Positions 55,573 to 64,000 of a stretch of 64,000 nt of DNA are shown one piece after another. The stretch comes from Octopus vulgaris (Eukaryota): contig OX597838.1 of the NCBI GenBank assembly GCA_951406725.2, positions 6,448,001-6,512,000 of the forward strand, given 5' to 3'. The translations under genes and the position numbers were made by a program. Within the stretch, counting starts at the first letter, position 1; each line of letters opens with the position of its first letter. Below the pieces are notes generated by a model. The model made no database searches, was not told the DNA's origin, and saw only the letters and a list, made by a program, of their open reading frames with translations.

Positions 55573-56832
55573 TAACAAGAACGAAGCAATACCAAAGACA
55601 TTGTACATCATTCGATTGTAAATTATTTGTTTTGAATTTATAATTTGTGTAGTAGATGTAAATTAAATGCAATGAAGAAATGAAGTTATGTTACGTTGCC
55701 TATCACCTTGTCCTCAAGTTTTGACAGAATACATAAGCCGTGATTCAGATGCGTAATTTATTTCAAATTCTGACAAACAGTAATTAATTGTGTGGCCTGT
55801 ACCAAAACAGACAGATTTTCTACACCTTTTATTTTCTGGCTGTCGTTGCTTCAGTTTCTGCGACACGTGTATCGAAACAAATTTCAATACGGAAAATAAA
55901 CATTTTGCTATTCAGCAGAAAAACACAGAAAATGTTTTGCGATATTATTTAACACCACTGTTTCGACAACTCAATTTAATTGTAAAGAATACCGCCAGCA
56001 TTGAGGTAAAAATTTATGAGTACTCGATGTCAGAGCAATGGGAATAAACGTCAATAGCTCCAAGAAATACAAGAGAAATTTGGTAATAACGCCTCATCCG
56101 AAATTCAAAACAAACCCGATTCCTATATTATCGTAACATTTGTGTAAGAAATTTTAAAACAGAAATCCAGCTTGAAGATACATACGCAAAACGTTTCTTC
56201 TACTACTACTACTAATACTACTGCTACTGGCTGCTTATACACCTGTAGTGCTGTTGATGATGCTGCTGCTGTTGTTTTTGCTGTTGTTTTTCACGTTGGC
56301 AATCATGGTGGTTTCCAGCTACAGATGTCGTTGCTAAACACTGCATACGATCTGACAAAAGCAATCCGACAAAGAATATTCAACACTTATTCCCGGAAAC
56401 ACACATTCATCCACCAATTTAAATATGAGTGGAATGTATTGCTTGTTTCTAGCTATAAAAGGAAACCACGAAGGTCTACTCTTGACTCATATGAGTACTA
56501 ATTAAGAGAATTTTTAACATAATTAGGGCATCACGGTTTCTTCATTCTGATAAATTTCACATTTCGTGTCATGCACAAAAGCTTAGTATTTCGAATTATT
56601 TATAGCGCTGTTTATTTAAATGCTTGCGTTTCGGTTTAGATGTGTCCGCCATAACGAAATTTAATAGTGGTTTTAGGTGTTTTTCTTTATAGCCAGATTT
56701 TGGTGTATTGTTAATTGGCAAACCTGAACTTATTAGGCTTAGAATGGAAGGTATTGGGACGACCAGAACTTTAACCTCAAAAAACAAACTCTGGTCCAGA
56801 TATAAGGGGGCACTTTTAATAAATTTGTGTGA

Positions 56833-56880
<48 letters not shown>

Positions 56881-56935
56881 TTATATATATATATATATCT
56901 ATATATCTATATATATATGTATGTATGTATATGTG

Positions 56936-56972
<37 letters not shown>

Positions 56973-57284
56973 GTTTATATATATATATATATATATGAAT
57001 ATTTATTTATTTAAATATACGAACAAGGACGCTGCTGCTAGGAAAAATTTCAGGATCATAAGCGCTCCAAATAATATGTTTAATGCCATTTCTTCCGGGC
57101 CATTACATTTTGAGATCGACTACAATCGAACGGATTTATGCGTTTCATTCTTTTGCGTTCGAAATAAACTAATTCGTAAGTTAGAAATTGGGGCGACCCA
57201 AAGCCCTAAAAACACTTAGTCTTGAGCCAAATTTAGAAACAATAAAGATAATAATGGTCCCAATTTTTTTCTACAAGGGCAGCA

Positions 57285-57465
57285 GTTTGTAGGGGAGAGG
57301 ATGAGTCGATTACACCAGCCCCAATATTCCACTGGTACTGAATATATCAACCCGCGAAAGGAGGAATGTCAAAGTAGACCTTCCGAATTTTAATTCGGAA
57401 CGTAGCAACGGGCGAAATAATGCGAAGTATTTCATCCAGCGTGTTAACGATATTGCTAGCCGGTG
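57285..57465 (-). mobile_element. Decayed family C SINE
   Basis: GAGTCGATTACA, CTGGTACT, GTCAAAGTAGACC, GGCGAAATA. Confidence 0.6.
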
Positions 57466-57485
57466 GTGGTGTTAGTAGTAGTAGT

Positions 57486-57903
57486 GGATATTCGGTTTCA
57501 ACGGCAGTTTTTAACATAATTTATAGGTAACTAAAAAATGTTAAACTTTGTATACTGGTAGAATGTGTTTATAAAACATCTTTTTTCTCTTGGCTTTATT
57601 GAGAAAATTCTATAGTTTGTAAGATATTTGTTGTTTGTTTTCTTCAATTTCTGCAATTTCAACCAATCAATTACGTCCATTGAGGTAAACTCTTTCTGTG
57701 CCGTATGAATATGTCCATCGTTTAAGAAGCAGATTGGGTTTATTTACATTTCTGAAGAAAAAAAGATACCCTTCTTCCCCACTCCAAACCCTAATCCTAA
57801 CCCTAACTCTAAAACAGATTGAAATGCAATAGATCGATACTAGGGTCATAATTATGGGTGACAATTTCATATGAAAAAACTGCCGTTCAAACCGAAAATA
57901 TCC
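57486..57903. mobile_element. MITE with GG...CC TIRs, internal (CCCTAA)-like repeats and an 8-bp-compatible TSD (Merlin-like)
   Basis: GGATATTCGGTTTCAACGGCAGTTTTT ... AAAAAACTGCCGTTCAAACCGAAAATATCC; GTAGTAGT on both sides; CCCTAATCCTAACCCTAACTCTAA at about 57789-57812. Confidence 0.85.
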
Positions 57904-57964
<61 letters not shown>

Positions 57965-58696
57965 CCGCAGCAGCATCTGCGCAATTTCTTTTTCATAATG
58001 CACAGAAAAAAAGATGTCTCCTATTTGTTTTAATACGTAAAAAAATGTCGTAATAATAAATACATTGCGAAAAAACATTTCTGCAGATGTTAGTATGATT
58101 AATAAATGGTTTGTAAAGAATCTCCTGAAAATACTTGCTGACAATATTATTGATACTACTTGGTACTTGTTGGAATCGTTCCTTGTAAGTTAGCTGTCAA
58201 TATCGTCAGGTATCAGGTTATTTATCGGTCTATTTTTACCATTTACAAAAAGGCTGGTTGGACACATTTTATAACCAATTAATACAATATCTGAGACGGT
58301 ATCTTTCATTCCTATTTCGCCTCTTGCTTAAAATACACTCATCCGTTATTGATATATCAATCATCGTTACTGTATTGTCATTTATGTCATTGAAAACGCC
58401 GCCCCTCTATTGTAACTAATTTGGGTGATCCGGCCATATGTTAGAACCGAATGGGAGCTTCACAGGTAGACAAGTATATGAGCGACAGGGAATTAGTCTT
58501 GCAAGAAATATTACTGCGTCGGCCATTTACATACTAGAAGCAATTTTTTGTCTGTTTTGATTTGTCTCTAAGTATACTTAGTGACAAACCAATATTGAAC
58601 AACTTGATACAATATCGTTCAAGAACACAGTATTGTTTCAGAAAATAATGCATATTATTGACACCACTCTTCCATAAACATATATTAATAACAGAA

Positions 58697-59111
58697 AAGG
58701 CGGTGAGCTGGCAGAAACGTTAGCACGCCGGACGAAATGCGTGACCGTATTTTGTCTGCCTTTACGTTCTGTGTTCAAATTCCGCCGAGGTCGACTTTGC
58801 CTTTCATCTTTTCTGCGTCGATTAAATAAGTACCAGTTATTTACTGGTGTCGATGTAATCTACTTAATCTGTTTGTCTGTCCTCGTGTGTCCTCTATGTG
58901 TTTAGCCCCTTGTGGGTAGCAAAGAAATAGGTATTTCGTCTGCCGATACGTTCTGGGTTCAAATTCCGCCGAGGTCGTCTTTGCCTTTCATCTTTTCTGG
59001 GTCGATTAAATAAGTACCATTTATTTACTGGGGTCGATGTAATCGACTTAATCCGTTTTTCTGTCCTCGTGCCCCTCCCTGTGTTTAGCCCCTTGTGAGT
59101 AGTAAAGAAAT
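58697..59111 (+). mobile_element. SINE family C head-to-tail dimer within one 14-bp TSD
   Basis: ATATATTAATAACA at 58680-58693 and 59112-59125; second unit starts at about 58930. Confidence 0.85.
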
Positions 59112-61036
59112 ATATATTAATAACACAGAGGACTATAAACATGGCTAACATTACCGAACGAACGAATTTACACAATACATATCTTTGTATCTAAGGCTTG
59201 AAATATTTACCCCAAGCGAGAATGAATTTTTATTTACTTATTTATTATTTATTTTGTAATTGGATTTTGCTTGCAATTATTTCTCTAATTTAGTTTCATG
59301 CACACATATATCGTAAAAAAATGTATCGGCTTGCGCCTTTGCCTCATTTGCTCAACGTTTTAGCTATCCGTTTTCTTACCGTATTTCTTGGGAGAATTTC
59401 ATTGAATCTCAGCGAATAAATTATTCCATTGCCTACAAATAATTAAATAACGTATGATGAAGAATCGAAAGAAATTAGTGGTTATGCGTATCGGCAGTTT
59501 ACTTCAGAGGATCTAGAAGAGAAACGTAAAGTGGAGTAGTTTTCACGGTGACGAGTGAAAACTTAATTGTTTCGGAGGTTTATAATTCGAACAGACGTTA
59601 ATATGTTTGCTACATAAACGGAAATAATATAAACTTGTAGTTAAAAAAAAATGTGAGATGTTTCAATCACCAAAGTAGAGAAATTGTTATAAGTTACTAT
59701 TATCCCACTTATAATAGGGAAACCACAACATACTTGAATCTTTCTCTTCTGCTCTGTCATTCAAATCCAATAACCACGTTCATAGAATCCACTCTAATCG
59801 GTTTCTTGAGATATACATTCTCATTGATGAAACGCGTAAGCGGTCTAAACTTTACAGGCTGTACTTATATAGTAAGATGATAGAGATGACAACAATATCT
59901 TCCTCAAATCAAGTGTTACTCAATATTAAAGAGAAATATACAGGGACATAAGATAATACTCTCTTCACTATTTATACAATGGCGATAATCTTCCGGCTGG
60001 AGCGCTTCTTGTCATCGATTTACTAATGCAGAGCTAACATAAGTTGTAAATAACAAAGAATAGCTGAGAAGGAGAAAGTTTACTAAATTAAGCAAACTTT
60101 CATCAAAAACACACTCGGGCTGCTCAAAAGTGACTGAATAGGTTAGCGGTGTATTTGGCCAAATATTATGTCTGGATATAAAATGAGTTAGTGTGGACAA
60201 ATTTGAGCTATGATTTCTTTGCTTATCCCAATCTCTTACTAATCGTTACAGGTACATACGTATCAGCAAACAATATAGTTGTACTTGAGCCATTCTCAAA
60301 CTGAAAGATGGAAGATGCAACGCAGAGATATCGGCAGCAGTCATCTCTCGGTTTTATCGGTACTCTTTATTATTCTGCATTTACTGGACCAGAGTGCATG
60401 TTGTGGGTTTCTAAAACTTCTCAAGTACTCCTAGTCTAGGACCTGACACTCAGCCTCATTATCGTGATTACCCTAATCACTTGACCACAAGACAAAAATA
60501 TATATTAAATTCCTTATGCCAGAAACCTCCTAAAATATTCTCTTTCGCGTATACATAACCGTTGTAGGAGTTAGATGTGACGTGTAGTGTTACAATGTTT
60601 TATAATACGTTGGTCTCTTACGTTCCACTCCAAGTATTGCAAAACTATTTGGTTATGGTATTTACTGCAAATGTTTTATTGATATAGATTATATTTTTGC
60701 TATATATATGAGAGCTTAGAATTTTTATTATTAAAGTCAAAATATTAATTTATTAGTTTCATTCGAACAGTTTTGACGCCCAGAGTTTTAATTTCCTCTA
60801 TGCTGAAATACTTATTCAACGCTGAATTGTCAAATCCATCAATTATCTCACCTCACTTGAGTTTCAAATTAAGTGTCCATCTCGTCCGACTCACCCGTCT
60901 GTTTCGGTTTATTGTCATCGTTTTGCATTTTACTACTCTGTTCCTGGTTTTAATTTTCGTTAATAGAATGCTTTGACATTATAAGTTTTATGTAATTCAA
61001 ATGTAAAAGACGATGAACTTCTAGTATTCTTCTTCA

Positions 61037-61040
61037 TCTA

Positions 61041-61126
<86 letters not shown>

Positions 61127-61210
61127 AATATATCTATCTATCTATCCATCTATCTATCTATCTATCTTTCTATCTTTCTATCTATCTACCAATCTATCTA
61201 TCTATCTATC
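61037..61210. repeat. (TCTA)n/(TCTG)n tetranucleotide repeat
   Basis: Directly visible. Confidence 0.95.
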
Positions 61211-64000
61211 AACCCATTTGTTCCTCTGTGTCTCTAAGTGTTTATATCTCTGTCTTTCAGTGTTTTTTCTTAATTTTTCAAGCAAACATGCTATACTCTA
61301 AGAACAAAGAAAAGACCATATTTTCTACTCTTCTGAAATACACCAATAAACTATCTTATGGAGCTGAAAATGCCGTACTCTTCGGGACTACGAGAACCAT
61401 CGACTGTCTTAAAAGTAATTTTGAACTACATCAAGTTTTCGTAAAACTTGTATATTCCATTAAGTTTTAAAAGCAAAAGAAATGGTACCAAGATTTCTAG
61501 TAAACGTCACTCTTCCCGTGTTAACGAACACTACCATGTTCCAATAGCAGCCGGTCCCATATTTTATAAACTTCACAACGAATTCTTTCTTCTTTCTATG
61601 ATTTCAACTGTCAGTCTCTAAAAGTTTTATCTTTGAAGATTTTTGGCAATGTATTTGTATGAGTAATTAACTAAATTTTCACGTTAAGAATATATTGATT
61701 TAACTATCTGTTTGTAAAGCAACGTCGTTTAAATCGTAATCATCTATTGTTTGAGGCCCTAGATTTCAATGAATATAAATTTGGTATTTGTGTAGGAAGC
61801 TATATTTGATTAGTTTCTAAGGAAATCCTAAAATAGCATCGATAGCAGTTGAAAAAGTCACCCTTTTCTGTTCATGAGGAAGTTGCATAAAATTTCGGTC
61901 GTTTCTTTTGGCTGATTTACAGTGGTAAACTTACTGTGATTAATGACAAAGAGATAAATGTCTCATCTATTTTTAAAGATGCTATCCTTGAACACGCTTC
62001 CCAAGCGATCAGCTAATAGCGAATGTGGCAGTAACACAAGAAAGCAATACATATGATGCTACATTCTGTTATAAACTGTGTAAATACTGTAATACATAAA
62101 TAAATAACGCAGTATATGGGTGAGATCCTCGTAAGCAGAATACAGTGTAGGCCTATTGATACCGAATGGTGTTAATAATCAACGGAAGAAAATACTGGAA
62201 TATTTTTTTCTGTCAGTGAAAATAGCGGTTCTCAAGAAGAGGAAAGCAGAAAAGAAAAAAAAGATTAAGCAAACGAGACGCTCGTATTGAGAAGCTCGTA
62301 TACAATAATGGTAATAGTTTCCAGATAATTTCGGTGTTTGTATGTGTGTTGAAAAGATATGTTCAGATGAAGCTGCTGATGATATTTAAGCGGATGTGTT
62401 CTGAAATTTATCAACAGAAAGTTTCTTGCTACGTCTGGGCTACCGGTCAACAAAGTCGTCATTACCAAATACAGTACTCCTAAATTGGATTTCGTTCATG
62501 GAATTTATGATGTATCGTATTACCTTGCATTTGTAACATATTAAAGTGTATGTATTTTTTCAAGTGCCACTTTAGCCTCAACTTCAAGATGTTTGAAACA
62601 ACCGTAACTCCGCTATATATTTGACCCTAGAATTCACTAATTAGCGAGATTTCACTTACACTGAGAGCAACAACGCCAGTTATATGTATTATTGCACGCA
62701 TCCAGTGCATACCTCGTTAATATTTCTTAAATAAAGAGAACAATTAGGGACCATAGTTGTCATTTTGTAAACCTTGTGCACCTCGATTGTTTTCCATTAT
62801 TTTCCTACAATTTATTTCGTACTCTCCAAGTGCACAAATAAACTGACCAAGATAAGCATTTTACCGCAAGGAAAGATTGTCCGCCAATTACTCTTATTAC
62901 TTACGGAGAATGAATATAGCAACACTGCTGATAGCTGCGACTTAAACGGAATGACTTCAGCCTTCCCCCTCGTCGGTTGTATCGAGAGTAAGGAATCAAT
63001 ATCCACAACACTGCATTCTTAATTGGGCATAAAGTGAAAAATTAATGCAACGACGTATATCAAATATTGAGAACGGTTCATATATATTTTCAAAGTGCAT
63101 CAAAGTAAGCGTATCACATAGTATAAAACGTTTTTTTAAAATTGCACCACAAGTAAGCGTAGTAGCCAGTACAAATCACGACCAAAAATTTTCTTTTAGT
63201 ATACCAGAAAAAGAACAGGAAAATAAATCGTATTCTAAAATATATTGGAAAACCGCGCCCGACAGGCGTGATAGACCATTCGATATTTAGTGACTCTTTA
63301 AGCTCCTTCTTACCGCACTTAAAATACATAAATATATACCTGTCAAGTAATGCTGACTGAAAAAAAATCGATTGTGCTTTTCTCCGACTCTTGTGGCCTT
63401 GTGCTAATGTTTGAAATCAATAAAAATATATGACGAGAGAAATGAAAAATGAAAAATTGGGAACAAGAATATATCATGCTTGACTATGCGTGTTTTCTCT
63501 AAATAGAAAATTGGCTTGTGTATTTTTAAACTTTCGTAATTTATATTAGGTTAAAGATTATGAAAACAAGTTATATATTTTTATAACATATTGACTGTAT
63601 AGGCGGTATGTGCCTGAGAAAGGGGAAAAATTTAATTAGAAGATTTGGTATGAAAAATGTTATTAGAAATATATTGTGATTTAAAACATGACTAAAGAAC
63701 CTTTATAATTGTAATCTATTATATATTAATATCTGACAAAGGAAAATATAATAATTTGAGGAAAGAGAAAGAAGAATTGTAATTTAAACGTACCAGTTCA
63801 GACAGAATAATTCCGTAACACCAACATATATACGGAGAAACGTGTGCAGCTGTAGTATAGTATACTAGGCATGATATATAACGTTATGTACGTTTGGCTA
63901 CCTATACACCTATATCTATGTATATGTGGTTATTTCTCCCTGTGTCTGTCTCTTTCACTTTCTCTAATATACTCATGCATTCGCACACACATACACACAC

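Noticed and set aside
57789-57812. Telomeric repeat as evidence of a chromosome end or fusion
   Set aside because: Four degenerate units internal to a MITE

Overview
AT-rich, microsatellite-saturated eukaryotic DNA, most consistent with an octopus (coleoid cephalopod) intron or intergenic region. The tRNA-Arg-like SINEs resemble octopus OR1/OR2, and there is an R4/Dong LINE remnant. No host protein-coding gene is confidently visible. Almost all ORF-track entries are translations of (TA)n/(CA)n/(GA)n or SINEs. Recognisable coding remnants are a young 5'-truncated Penelope-like element (PLE) with an uninterrupted linker + Zn-finger + GIY-YIG frame (17345-17941, minus), two mariner transposase relics and an R4/Dong endonuclease 3' end. 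There are also four SINE families, several MITEs, a non-autonomous Helitron and a HINE-like element. The most notable signal is five unrelated hammerhead-ribozyme-like motifs, each in a DNA island bounded by (TA)n. One sits in the young PLE and keeps perfect hammerhead stems but has a non-canonical core (UUUCAAAA in place of CUGANGA). All structures were read by eye; no searches or folding were run.
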